Below are positions 1 through 13,016 of a DNA stretch of 64,000 bases, one piece after another. This DNA is from Raillietiella orientalis. Its lineage: Eukaryota. The stretch lies in assembly GCA_036172245.1 (NCBI GenBank), contig JAYWIR010000013.1:1860001-1924000 (forward strand). The letters are read 5' to 3'. The position numbers were made by a program, and so were the translations under genes. Within the stretch, counting starts at the first letter, position 1; every line of letters starts with the position of its first letter. Under the pieces are notes generated by a model. It was not told the DNA's origin. It searched no databases and saw only the letters and a program-made list of their open reading frames with translations.

Positions 1-486
1 CGTATTTCCTTCCCCCTTCCATCCGTCCTCCCTCCTTGCCGGACCGCCTTCAGAGGACAACGAGGGGCGAGGGCGATCCGGGGAGCGGCGCGAGCCCCCA
101 TGGACGCACAAGGAAGGCTCCTAGGTCCCTCGTCGCGTACAAGTCTCTCCGGGGGACCCACTGGCGGGGTCTACTCCCGTTGCGGACAGCGTCTCAGAAG
201 GTCTCGCAGACGCCGAAGGCGCTCCAGAAGAGACGCAGGGGGAGCCGGGGGAATGCCCTCGGGAAACGAAAGTGCTGTGAGAGGCACCGCCGTCCAGTCG
301 CATCTTTCACTCGGGGCCTAGAGGCGGAGACACCTCGCCGCCAGCTGCCGAAGACCACGCCCCTCGACGAAGGGCCACTCGGTGTCCACCGCTTGTGGCA
401 AATCTTTTTCTGCTCCTGGATGAGACCCTACGGATCTGCGGCATCCACGTGGAGAAAGAAGGGGTCGAAAGGGCCCTCCCTTCTAG

Positions 487-1636
487 GGTGGCCACCTCCT
501 TCCCGGCGAATCTTCGAAGGGCCTGCCGGCTGGCTTCCGCTGCCATGAGCATCCGCGTCTGGTCCGACTCGCAGCTTCCGTTGCGCGGCCTTCGCCTACA
601 CATTCCGGGCTCCTGAGTCGTCCGACGAAGACGCCCTCGCGACGGCCGCCTTCGGATACTCGGACTTCTCCTGTACGCAGCCGACCCCCAGCGTCATCTG
701 GAGACCTGGAGGTAAGAGGCGGTCCTCGTCGAGTCCACCCCATTCTGACTCTCTCCCTCCCAGCTTCCGGAAGACGCGTTTCCCGCGAGCTGCTCCTGCG
801 GGTCCTCTTCCGCTCCGCCTCTTCGGCGCGGCTTCTCCAATAACCAGAGGCAGAGGCAGCAGCTGAGGAAACGGAAGTCTCCGCAGGGAACCGCGCGCTC
901 TCAGCGACCTTCAACCTCCCTCCAACAGGCTCCCTCAGGGGCCGCTTTGCCCTCAGCAAGTGTCTTTCGGCAGCTCTGCACCCACGGACTCGCCGGTAGA
1001 GGTCCGCCAGCAGGGCGCCGATCTCGGCCCCCATGTCGTTCAGGGGTCACTGGTCGGTCCCGGGAGCCGGTCCAAAATTTCGAGCAGTTTCGAAAGAAGG
1101 AAAGACGCCCCCCACTTTTCATCCTCCTTTACCCCCCCCAACCATCAACAGCACTATTACCTTCTCATCCTCCTCATCCATCATCATCATTGCCTCCACC
1201 ACCACTATCGCCACCGCCATCATCATCAGCAGCATTGCATCCATCACCACCATCATCATCATCTTTGCCTCTGCCACACCACCAACAGAGCAGCATCGGC
1301 TCCATCACCACCACCATCACCGCCGCCGCCCGTAGCATCATCAGTGCCTCTGCCACCAGCACCAGCAACGTGCCACACCCCTCTCCACTCCTTCCTCTTC
1401 TTCTCATCCTTCACCCATCCTTCGATCACCATCCCACCGCCGAGACTTCCCTTGCCCTTCACACTTCTTCCGGACAGCGTTCCGGCAGATGTTGGACCGC
1501 GACTGAAGGACTTCGGGAGGGACGGGACGAAGGGGCCACGGAAAGCGCTCCCTGCGCCGTCATGTTCCAGCGGCCGACCCGCTCGTTGCGCCTTACGGCG
1601 AAGCAATCGCAGTGGCGCGGCTCGCAGCTTCCCTGA
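487..1636 (+). CDS. Putative exons of an unidentified low-complexity (Ser/Pro/Arg-rich) protein
   Basis: Acceptor CCCTTCTAG ends at 486, followed by a 225-nt open exon (487-711). A typical 52-nt intron 712-763 (GTAAGA...TTCTGAC...CCCTCCCAG) is followed by the same spliced frame open from 764 to TGA at 1636. No recognisable domain. Confidence 0.35.
1141..1345. repeat. Imperfect (CAT/CAC)n trinucleotide tract
   Basis: Runs of CATCATCAT and CACCACCAT. Confidence 0.8.
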
Positions 1637-3985
1637 AAGATCTGTTCCTGGAAGCGACCAGTGAGCGTCCCTCGTGCCCTGCTGCTGCCACTGTTTCCCC
1701 TCCTCCTCCTGACTCCCCCCTGCTTGCGCCCTGCCCGGGACCGCCGGCGAAACGCGCAACCGGAGGGAACGGGTCAAGACCCGCATACCGACCCGGAGGT
1801 GGCCATTCAGTCTGTCGCCGCTGCAGGCATTAGCAAAAAGGGCCTTACGGTGGGGCAGGAGACGACGGGCGTCCGAGCGCGGCGCGGAGGGAAAGGGGAG
1901 GGGGATACCATTGGGCGGTGGAGGCCGCTTTCCCAGAGAATACCTGGATGAACTCTTTCCAGAGCTATTGGGCGCTCTCGTGGGGGAACGTGGGAGGAGT
2001 CGGGTCGCAGGGTGCAGCCCGGGGTGCTCTTTCTCTGCCTTCTGGCGAGGCGCCACGGGAATTCGAATAGGCCCCTCTTCCCGTGGCGGCGTCCTGCCGG
2101 TTTGGCAAAGTCCCTCGATATTGCTGCGGGGAGGCCGTCCCGCTTCGGCTACTGACGCAGGGAAGAAGGGTGCAGATTCTCTGGAATCCTCCCCCGGGAG
2201 GCCTCCGCTGCCGTTTCCGAGATCTTCCCCCTCGCGCGTCGTTGCCGCGGAGCAGGACGAGGCTGCTGCCGCAGCAGGGGGAAAACTGCCCTTCCTTCTC
2301 TTCCTTCGCCTTCAGGGGTCCACCCGTGAGCGGTGCGCGGTTCCCCCTCTTCCCGCAGGATCTTTGGCATGCATGGACGCCATCGCGCGTTCCTCCTGGA
2401 GGCTGGTCTTCCTTCCCGTTAGGAAGAATGCTACTCGGGCTGCTGAAGATCCCCTTGGAAGGGGCGCGGCGGAAGGACGCCAGCACTCGTGGCGACAAAA
2501 AAGGACGGGATTAGGAACAAAATCACTGCGCCATTGAGCCGTGCCTGACCACAGGTGTCCTCTGCATCCCAAGAGCCCCGGACCATCTGTGCAGGATGAG
2601 GTGCACAACAGGCCAAGGGCAGTTCCTTGGCGGTCTGGGAAGAAAGGACCCTACCCCACTGGGGACATGACCAAGGAGGGAGTGGAAGGGTGCTCTACAA
2701 ACACGGAGAAGAAATGGGGGTGGCGGGGTGCAAGAGGACGTGGTTTGACCTCACGGCGGCGGAGGTCAGGATCGCCGAGAGTCTGCGTCAGTCAGGAGAG
2801 GTGGAAGTGGGGTGGAGCAGGCGACCTAGTCGGTCCGCGCTCTCCCTGGGACGTCTCCTTTTACTTTCCGGTCTGCAACCTCTCGCACGAGGGCGAGGTC
2901 GACCGCGGGAGATTGCCCTGGGATGGCGGCGGTCATGCCCTTCTCGCGTGCCGCAAAGTGGCGCAGCGAGCCAGGCCTCGCCGGAGCCAGGTGGACGAGC
3001 GCTCCGGATGCGACCCGATGGCTCCCCTCCTGACGAGGCGGGAAGGCGAGCGCGCGGTCGGGATGCTGAGGGTGGCGGTGGTGATGGAGGCAATGATGCT
3101 GATGGTAGTGGAGAGAAGGACGCGATGGCGTGGCAGTCTTTCCGTAGCAGAGGGCAGCAGCGAGATCCGTGCCAAGCAGGGAGGGGTGCGGAGGTGGAAC
3201 AACGGCGATTCCCGTTCTCCTCTTCGCCGCTGAGGCGGCGGGCGTTCCAGATGTCCCAGCTTCTACAGGTCTGGCTGAGTCTTCGAGGGAGAAGCTCCAC
3301 GGAGATTCCCGTTCCACTCATGGACTCATCCCTTCTTCCCTTTTCTTCCTCTTTTTCTTTCCTTGCCAGAAAAGCACGGCCTTGCCTGAAGAGGATTACG
3401 ACCGTCGTTCCCCTTGGTGATCCCTAACCCCCTCTGTGGAGACTGTGGACCCTCTTGGGCGTCTTGCAGCCAGCTCACTCCGGCTGCCACTTCTCACTAG
3501 GTCAGCCGACCGGACCGAGCAGCTCGCAGCCGAAGAACCGGTCTCCCCTTCGAAGGAGCAGACATCGTCTGCGGGCCCTCGAGACACCACGCAACCCCAG
3601 GGTTGGCCAGCGATTCTTCATGAGGCCGCCATCGCGTCTCCGGCCAGAGGAAGCGGTCGGACGAGATTGCGCGGCAGCGCCGCAACTGCAGGAGGACGAA
3701 GCTGTGCCGTCCTCCAGCAGATGTGGAGGCAGACCCCAGCTGTATTGCGAGCAGTGACGCACCCGGACGCCATCTTCATCCCGAGCGAACGGGCCGTTCG
3801 AGTTTCCTCGCAATCCTGGGGCCGGGGACTTTGGAATCCGGAGGTGGCCACGTGCCGCACTGCATCCGGAATCGAGCGGATTCCTCAACCCGTTTCCCGC
3901 CGCTGCAGCCTGCGGCAAACTGGAAGAGGCCGAAAGTTTGCTCCAGCACCGTGAGGAGGGTGGAGGCAGCCCCACACTTCATTCC

Positions 3986-5954
3986 GGAGGTCTTGCAGAG
4001 CTGTCAGGCGCAAACGAACGTGTGCGTGTATTTCTCCCGGAATCAGTTGCAGAGACCTTCCTCCTCCGTTCGGTGGCCTTGATCCGCTCCTCTGCGATGT
4101 CGGTGCGCCGGGTCTCTCTAGGATCTCAGTGAAGAGGGAAGTGGCATTCCTAGCCAAGAAGAGAAGCCGGGAAATCTAGCACTCGTAGGACCACTGAAGG
4201 ACTTTAGCATCCGTCACTCGGGATGAACTCGGTTGACCGGAACTGTCTGAGCATCTGGACGCTCTGTGCATGACCGAGTCGGTGGACCCGCAAGAAGCGT
4301 TTCCGTACACACCGCCGGGTGCCGGGCAAAGAGCTCGCGCCATCCGTTCGGTAGGCACAGCGTTCTGCGGAGCTGACCGGCGAACCCGGGAGAGCATTCT
4401 CTTCATCTCATCCCTGTTTGTTGTCGGCAACCGTCTGCTCCGTAATTTTTACACGGAAGCGCGGATCCGTTTTTTTTGCGCGGGAGAGCATTAATCTTCG
4501 GGCAGGGGCTCTCGTCTTCCATTCACAGGAAGACCCGTCTTCCTCACCACGGAGACGCGAACCGGTGTCCAGATGCTTTAACTTCCAACAAGCCGCAGAA
4601 AATGTCTCTTGTTGTTTATCGCATTTCACGGTCGTCATCCAAAACGCTGATCTTGGGCAGACTGCGGATGAGATCGAGAGACTGTCTTGGCAACATAAAT
4701 CCCTGCGACTCTTCTACGGTCACTAAGAGGAAGCGACTGCGAAAAAAACTCACACGCACAAAAAAAGAAAAAGTTGAGGAAAATAGCAAGAGGTGAGAAG
4801 AGATCGCCAGCATTCCCGACATCCCAACTTGCAACACTTGGAGAGCTCTCCTACTGCGAGCGGCCCCTCAGCAGGAATGAGAGAGGATGAGCTCTTCCTC
4901 CAAGGTTTTGCTGCGTGTGAAGGGAGGAAGCGCAGCCTCCTCCCAGATTTCCTCCCGCCGAGTGCGAAGCAAAGACGGCTTTTTTCTTATGCGTGGCGCA
5001 AGGAAGGAAGAGAAATTTCCGTCCATCCCTGCTGAGATAACGTAAGTTCCTCATGGCCCGTTGGCGGAGGAAGCAAAGACCAGCGCTCTGTAGGGCATCG
5101 CTTCCCAGCGAAGCATCCGACCCGCGTGGCGCGGAGACGGGACCGCGGATCCAGCGACGTGGAGTCATGTTCCAAGCCGTTGTCCCTAGCCGCGCAGCTC
5201 CCGCGTGAGGAGTCACGTGGGAGCGCCTGGTGTCCGCATTCCGTCTGTAGAGCCCACCCTCTCCCCCGTCTTCTCTCCTCCACTCTTGTTCCTCCCTGGT
5301 CCCTCACTCCGGACGGTGGGGGCTACTCGCTCCAGTCCCCTCCCAAGGCAGCAGCGAACGGCGCTCAGTCTTGTACTTGGGGGCGGCGACGGCAAGGGCG
5401 GTTTACCTAGCGCGCTGCGGCAACGTGATTGATGCCCTCCGGGCACGAAGACGCCACACTACATTTCCGGTGTCCCAGCCCTCGGTGATTCTGAGACTCT
5501 CACCAGCCCCAGGAAAAAGACTTTCCATCATCCCAGCTCGCGCATCAACAAGGCTGGTTCGAAACCTTCCAGGAGGTCAGGAAGCGCGGCAAAGTACAAG
5601 GCGGGTGATCTGCTAGGTCCCTCTCGGGTCCTGCCCGACTCTCTCTGCTGATGTTTCAGGAGACTCCATGGTCATCCCTTTTTCCGATCGCTTGGACCCT
5701 CGAAAAGATTCCCCCCCCCCCTTTCTCCCAGAAGTCCAGGAGTGGGAGGAGCAGGAGGCTTGCAGGGCTGCCAGGAGCAAACGTATGTGTTTGCGTATTC
5801 CTCCCGGAATCAGATGAGGAAAGACCTTCCTCCTCCCTTCGGTGGCCTTGATCCGCTTCTCTATGGATAGTTCTCGGATGTCGGTGCGTCAGGACTCACC
5901 AGGGACCCGGCGAAGCAAGGCGTGGCATTCCTAGACCAGAAGAGAGGCTGGGAA
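3986..5954. repeat. Diverged ~190-200 bp direct repeat (3986-4173 and 5754-5954)
   Basis: Colinear shared blocks CTTGCAG.GCTG.CAGG.GCAAACG, CTCCCGGAATCAG, AGACCTTCCTCCTCC.TTCGGTGGCCTTGATCCGCT, GATGTCGGTGCG and GTGGCATTCCTAG. Confidence 0.85.
4529..4792 (+). CDS. Putative isolated exon (Lys/Arg-rich), gene unknown
   Basis: Acceptor TCTTCCATTCACAG, 264-nt open frame in phase 2-2 ending KRKRLRKKLTRTKKEKVEENSK, donor AG|GTGAGA. Not linked confidently to other exons. Confidence 0.25.
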
Positions 5955-6779
5955 CTCTCGCTCTCAAAGCCTCAAACCCTCTCGAGTTTATTTCGGTACC
6001 GGACGCCCGAGGCAAGAATCCTCTAAAGAGGACAGGACAACAGAACTCCTCACGGAGCGGTGGCGCTGGAGCCGTGGTAGTCAGCGATAGACGCGGAGGA
6101 AGCTGACCTTCTCGACCCTGCACTGTCACCCGGCTTCGCGGGGCAACTGGGAGCTCCTGGTTCCACAGACGGGAGCCGGTGGGACCGGCGCCTCTCCGAA
6201 TCCGAGCACCACTATCGATCCTGCGGGAATCCTCAGGAAACACTTCCTGAGACTCCTCTCGGGGATTCTTCGACGGGGAAGTGAAAAGGGTCGTACCGGG
6301 AACCCGGCGTTTGGGTAGGTGTCCTGAACCGGATGCGGGGATGTGACCAGGCCGAGCGACTCCCTGATGCCTCGGTTCCTCTTTAAGGAGACCGGTTTCC
6401 TCAGCGGTCGAGGGAGATCATTTCCGGAACGTCTCGTCGTCACGTTCCCGCAGGAACGACTGGAACGACGCGCCGACGCCCCACCCTCCATCCCGAAATT
6501 CCTTGGCGCCCCGCCGCGCTGCACGGATCGAAGGGCAGCCCCGTCTCCTCCTCCTCCGCCGCCACCCGCTTCCCACGAGCCAGGAGTTACCACGCGAGAA
6601 AGAGAAGTGGGAGAGGTGGCCGGGGAAGCGAAGTGCGGCGGCGGCCGCACCCAGGGAGAGGCGGACGCGGAGGGGGCGCCGCTCGCCGGCAGCACACACG
6701 CGTCCGCCATGGTGTGTCGTTGCCGTGCTTTCCGGTGCGTCCTCCGCGTCACGTCGGGTCCGCGAGTGGCAACCCTTCC

Positions 6780-7805
6780 CACTGGGGAGACTCCTCATCC
6801 CACACTATGGGGCTGGTGGATCGATGGCACCTCTCCAGAGTGCAAGAAGCACGGCGCTCCCTTCGAAGAGCGCCCTCCGGCGAAACCGGGAAAGTCCCTG
6901 CGGGGTTCATGTTCAGAGGAGGAGCAAACGAGGAGCGATCCTTCCTAGGGGATCCTCCAGAGAGAGCAAGGAAGAGGTTCCTTTTTCCCTTCGGGGACAA
7001 GCAGGGCGCTTCCCTCCCTAAGCGTAAGAGGAACGGACTTCTTCCTTTGGAGCCTCCCTGGGCGGTCCCCTTCCGGGATGCCTCCCTAACTTGAAGAGTT
7101 ACGTGCACCCCTGGGCGACGTGGTCAGTGTCAAAGAGCCACGTGAGTTACCCCCCCCTTCCGAGGAGGCGGGCGGTTCTTCAGCGCTTCTTGAGGGCCGA
7201 AAAAATAAAACTGCGTTGTAGAACGTGTTGAGTTTCTTGCGAGGTCATTTCGGGCATCTCCCTGGCCTTGCGCTGATTCGGGGAGAGGGGCTCAAGACCT
7301 TTGTCTCTGAAGGAGACGATGATCCAGGGATTTCCTTCCTGCTCCGAATGCCCACCTCTGCTGTTTCCCGTGCCTGCCCCTGAGATCTGAACCACATCTT
7401 CCAGTAGCTCACTATGCGCGTGGCCATGCTGGCCAGTCTTCGATCACAAGAAACAGCGACCGGGTCCCTTAATCATTCCTCCTGTTCGCAGCATTCGGAT
7501 CCTTTCTGGGGGTCTTTGCGAAGAAACGAGGGGTGGATCCTCTGGGACACCCCTCAGGAGAGAACAAGGAAGAAGTTCGGAGACAGCCAGGACGGAGGTT
7601 TCTTACCAAGCGTCCAGGGAGGCTCCAGCAGGAACGGACTGCTTCCTGCTGGAGCCTCCCTGGACGTATAGGGTGGTCCCTTCGGGGTAACCCTCCCACT
7701 TGGAGAGTTGTGTGCGCCCTCGGGGGCCGTAAGCGGCGTCAAAGAGCTCTCCTGTGAGCCCCCCCCCTCCTTTAAAGGAGGCAATAGACTCTTCAGCACT
7801 CCTTT
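6780..7805 (+). mobile_element. Two headless, diverged copies of the same SINE-like body in tandem (about 6780-7190 and 7515-7805)
   Basis: GAACGGACT.CTTCCT..GGAGCCTCCCTGG, GTCAAAGAGC and CTTCAGC.CT recur at ~600-bp spacing and are the reverse complement of blocks in 25910-26250. Confidence 0.5.
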
Positions 7806-10800
7806 GGAGCCAGAAAAAGGAAACCCGAAAGAAAGAAATGGAAAAGAAGCTGCAAGGGAGGCGGGGAGCGTGGAGGAGTCCCAAGGAGATTTCTCTCCAT
7901 CCACGAGCAGGCATCCGCGGGGGTGGCATCGTCATTATCCCCGCCGACTCCTGGGGAGGAAGAGTGACCGTGCCGACTCGTCCCCCTCGGGTCTCAACGC
8001 GCGAGTGCGCGTGCCACCTTACCATCAAGGCATGGTTCGCTCCTTCCGGGACGGAAACCTCAGGTAGCCGCGCCTCCTCTCCCTCGAGGCTGCTCGCAGA
8101 GGTGACCTACATCCGCCAGCCTGGTCGGAGAGCGTCCGGCGGCGGGCGGAATCCGCTCCGATGTTTGTTCTCGTCGCCCCTCTTCGGGTTCCGCTCGAAT
8201 GACCACGCCTGCGTGACGGTGACCCGTTGGCGAACGGGCGGCTCACTCGATAATTCGCCGCGGGTTCGCCGGGAGGGTCGCGAGGAAGCGCCCGGCCGAC
8301 GGATGCTCCACCACTCGTCGCTGGGCCCCGCGAGCCGGCCCATCCCTCACCATCAGCTTGGGGGCAGCCGGACAGAAGGTCCGCTTTTTTTCCAGTTTTT
8401 TTTTTTTTTTTTTGCCCTCTACAGCCGAAGGGGCCGCGCCGCGCAGCGGGCTAGGACAGACAGGACCCACGCGGTCGTGCGCGCCAAAAGGTCCCCCGGA
8501 AGGTCGTCATCTGCTCCCCTCTCTTCCGCACCCCATCCCCCACTGCACCTCCAGAAGGCTCATTTCTGGTCCTGACTGCCGCCGCTGCTGGCGCTGGCAT
8601 CGCTGGTGTTCCCCCCATCCTCGGGAAGGCAGCATTCTCAAGCTGTCTCGGGCTCTTCGCCTCTGGCTGGTCGCGCGAACCTCCTCTTCCCCCTCATTCC
8701 ACTCCCCCCTTTTCGCGGTTGCCCGGGAGACGCCGGTGGTGAACTCCCCGGAATGCTGCATCCGGCATTCCGGGAGGCGCCACGTGCTCCCTTCTTCGCC
8801 CTCAACCCGAGCATCCCCCACCCTCCCGTGCCCCCTCAGGGTGTCCCGCGCGCTCCGTCACCAGTACCACCGCGTCCGCGAGGGACGTTCTTGGGCGACG
8901 AAGACCGTGCCCCGAGGATGCTTCCCGATTTTTTTTTTTTTTCTTTCCTTGTTTCTCTTTCCCCTTTCCTCTCATCCGCTACTCAGGAGGAAGGAACGCC
9001 CTAGGCGCCTCCATCGTTTAAAAATAGCCGGCGCCTCGTGAGCGAAGAGTTGGCCCGGGTGGGCGGCGCGCGCGGTCTGTTCGCCGCCATTTTTTCTTCG
9101 CCTCGTTTCCTGCCTTCCGCGGCTGACGCGGGGCAAAATTCCACCGCTCGCTCGCTCGCGCGCACGCGAGGACGGGCAGCAGCCCCCTCCCCTCCTTGCT
9201 TCGCGCCGCGGTCCGCGACAGACGCTCCTCCTCCTCCCCTCCCGCGTCGGCGGCCAGCCTCCACCCCCCACCCCCCTTGCGCGCGACCGCGCTGGCTCGA
9301 GGGAGGCGTGCCTGGAGAGACGCTGCGCATTTCCGCCCTCCTCCCCCTCCCAGCAGCGGCCCCGCCCCGCCTGGAAGGATTGCGTCCGCCACCGCCGCCG
9401 CCCCCTCTCGAACTGAACCTCAACGATAAATCACGTGGCAGCAGCAGTACTTCCTCGCCCCCCCCCCCCCATCCCAGCCATCTTTCCTTCCTTTCCTCCT
9501 CCCCTTGCTCTCTCTCCCGCGCCCCTTGCGTGAGTCACGCTGCTCGCGCCATTTCCGCTGCACGCAAATTCTGCGCCGACTCGTTCGGCCGCGTGCAATG
9601 TATTTTTAACCTCACAGGCGGTTTACAGCCTCGCGGGCGATGTAGGGCAGGTCGCCTCTGACTGCCCCACGAAGCTGCAGGCGGGCGAGCGTCCGGGAGA
9701 GCTCCGGCGACAAGAGCTCCACAGAGGATCGAAAGGGAGCGCAGGGTTTTCGATAAGGGAAGGACGGGCGGGACCTCCATCGGGATTTTTCCTTCCCCCG
9801 ATCTCCTCCCGGAGCCGGTGAACGACCCCTGCTCCAGGAGGCCGACTGAGGACCAGCCTCGCAGCTCCCCGGGCGAACGGCGCAGTTTTCTCTCCCCCCC
9901 CTCGGGGGCAGAGGTCGAGTGGGACTTTCCCTGACAAGAGCCTGGGTGCGTTCCGGGACGCAAGCGTCTGCTGCGAGCGGTGCGGAGGTGTGGGGGATGA
10001 TGTTCCTGCATCCCCCGAACGGGAAGATACGAAGACGAACCCCCTCCCTCCCGTTGCTTAGGAGCGCTCCATGCTGCGCGATCTCGTTGGGAGGCGAGGA
10101 CGTCACCGTTGGCAACGACGCCGGAAACCACCTTGAAGAGCATCGCCGTCGTCCTCGCACCACCCGCGAGCGCCACAGTCCACTCGTTTCTGCCAGCTTT
10201 CTCGGGCGGCCCCCAGTTCAAGAGAATCCGGGAAGACATCCAAGTCCAGGTAGTCAAGTCGGTCGAAAGGCCCCCCGGGAAGATAGGAGAAGGGCGGGAG
10301 AACCGCCGAGCCCCTCTTCGATCCAGATATCCGGCAAGGGGAGGCCCCGCAGGTGTCCGCAGGATGGAGGAGGCGGCGAGCCGACCGGCCGCGGTTGCGG
10401 CAGCGTCCCTCCCGGAGCGGTCCGGAACCCGGCAGGGAGACCGGAACCTGGGAACGCACGGAGCAGCGGGAGATCCCCCGCGGGCTCTCCCCGACTCACT
10501 GAACCGGAGCGGCCCGGGAAGAGCGCAGTCGCCGGACCCCGCGTCTTCCTGGGCTCTGGGAGCCGAGCGAAACCACCGTTCCCGTTAGGCTGCCTCCGCA
10601 GGCCACGCACGGGATGCTCCTCCGAGAACGCCAACGGTCTCGAGGGCGATGTGGGGCAGGCGCCTCCAAGCGCCTTGTAGACCCCGGAGTTGCAGACGGC
10701 GCAGGCGGTAGCCGTGACGGAGAGCGGCTTCTGGGATGCTCCCGGCAAGGCGAGCGACTGAGGGGCGAGCCGCGCTCGCAGATGCCACTCTGAGTGGCTC

Positions 10801-12720
10801 CACGTGCTCCCCTCTTCGTCCACCCTTTCCTCTCCCTCCAGTCGCCTCCGGGGTCCCGAGGAGCGGCCTGAGCCCAAGACCTTCTTCCCACCTAAAAATA
10901 GCTGGCGGCGGCCCGCGAACGTGGAGTCCGCCGATGCATCCCTGCGCCCGCCCGCCCACCCGCTCTTCCGGCCAGAAACGGGACCGTCCGAGGAAGACCC
11001 CCGCCCGGAGTCTCGAACAAGAACCGGTCCTTCCAACGAGGTCACACGGCACTCGGACTCGTCCAAAGGTGCAGCACAGGATGGCGCATCCGGGTGAGCA
11101 GCTCGCTGCTGCCGTCTTCCCACGTCCTCTCTCTCTTCCTCTTCCTCTTCTTCCTCTTTTTGCACGCTCCTCGCCGGCCGGAGGCGGCGGCTGGGCGCCG
11201 CGGTTGCAGCATCCCCGCCACCATTGGCGCGCGGAGAGACCAGAGGGCTAACGAAGCTGCCGGGCGATGTACGCGGCTCCGTCCAATGCTGCTGCCCTTT
11301 CGTCTGGAGCCATTCTTCGCGGTGGATAGGTGGGTGGGCAGGTGCCCTCGCGGCTCCCCGACCTCCAGGCCCGCTCGGAAGCATTCCGGAAAGGGGCAGA
11401 GGCACCACGTTGAAACCCCTAACCGATCGGCTTGCGAACACTGCCGCCGCATGTTCTCCCCCTGCCCCCCTTCTTCATGGTCATCCGACCGCAGGGAGCA
11501 CCCCAAGCCGCGTGCCTCCGTCTCCGCCTGGCGCTGCCGGGCTGCTGCGGCCGCCTCGCGCCGCCTCCGAGGCGCTTCGAGAGAGGCGGCGGATCGGGAA
11601 GATCGGTGAGCCCGGCGTCTCCGCACGCACCAACGGGCCCACCCGATGCAGCGCGCGAGCACGTGGGTAGTCAGTCAGCCGCCTGCGGTTCGTCTCGTTT
11701 CCGCAGAGATGGATCGATCGGCCGGCTGGCTCGCAGCAAGAGGCGAGCGAACCGCCGCTCCCCCTCGGTGGCGCATGCGCACGATGGGAAGCAGCGCGGA
11801 GGGCTGCCCCTGGCGCTGCACCGACGAATTCCCCCCCCCCCCCCTTCCTTTCTCGTGTGGACTCGCCCCCGCGTTCCCTGCTCCCCATTCCGCGATCCAG
11901 TCTCCGAAGCTGCAGCGCGCTTGCTGGAGGACCAACATTCAGGCCCGGCGCAGCACCCGGGCAACCGATCCCATCCTTTCCCTTCCTACCCCTACCCCTC
12001 CCTGCATCGTGCCTGGAGGGTGCTGCTGAACCTTTTCTGTCCGTCGGACCAGAATCCCCATCCCTTGCGCTTTTTCAAAGGGCTCCGGGAAGACGGCTTT
12101 CTTGGTTTTCGAGGTAGCAGAGGAGAGGGAAGCAAGAGCTTTTCCGGGAATGGTCCGCGGCTTCGAGAGGACTCTGAGAGAGGAAAACACACATCCTGCT
12201 CCGGAACGAGCTGAAGAGCACCCTGGTGCCATGTGCGCCTGAGGGAGAGGCCCTGGAGCGCTGGACCCGTTCCTCTCCCCTTCCCAGCTTTTCTTCAGCG
12301 CTGGTTACGCGCCGGCGAGACACGTGCGGGAGATGCTGGCCCTGACGCTCTCCAAACCTCCCCCATGATGCCCACTGGGTTCGGATGCGAGGCCACTGGA
12401 TTGCCGGGCACAGGATGTGTCCCGGGTATCCAGGCAACCCCACCCCTCTACAGGGCGCGAACAGCTTTTCCAATCAGAAGGAAACGAGAAGGGGCCAATG
12501 TCTCGGTTCGTCTCCGCGAAACCAAAGTCGCGCGTCTTTGTTTTGCTCCCGTTGCTAGGAAGAGGAGGAGGGGGAGAAGGAAGGGTCTTTCAGTAGCTTT
12601 CACGGCTTGCTGGATCTGTCCAGCTTCCTCGTTCTCTCCTCGCTGCGTCAGTCCGCATCGGGTGCTCCAAGGTCCAAGAATGGAGGAGGAGGCGTTCCCT
12701 ACGCTAAGGAGGACGAATTC

Positions 12721-12780
12721 GTGGCGCTGGGATTCGAACCCGCACCTTCCTTCTCGGCTTCGGGCCAAATCTGCTTAAAT
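12721..12780 (-). mobile_element. tRNA-like 3'-half / SINE head remnant
   Basis: The minus strand reads ...GGTGCGGGTTCGAATCCCAGCGCCAC (B box and T-arm at 12730-12740). No complete cloverleaf can be drawn. Confidence 0.45.
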
Positions 12781-13016
12781 CAAAAAATACTTCAATTCTA
12801 CTTTCAAGATTTCTTATAAATATTATAATCAAAATCAGGAATAAAATTAATATAAATACATAATGAATAAGTAATGAATATAAATATTTTTTACATAATA
12901 ATATTGAAATTATGTAAATTTTTACTCAAATATATTTATATTAATTAATTAATTAATATTGAAAATTATAAAATACAACATACTTTAACTCCAAATTATT
13001 TCAGAATAAATTAAAA
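12777..13016. other. Sharply bounded AT-rich island (possible NUMT or other insertion)
   Basis: 32 G+C in the 240 nt from 12781 to 13020 (13%, hand count), embedded in GC-rich sequence. Confidence 0.7.

Noticed and set aside
1900..1910. GTATCC on the minus strand as a U12-type donor
   Set aside because: It continues CCC rather than the TTT of the U12 consensus, and no supporting gene model exists.
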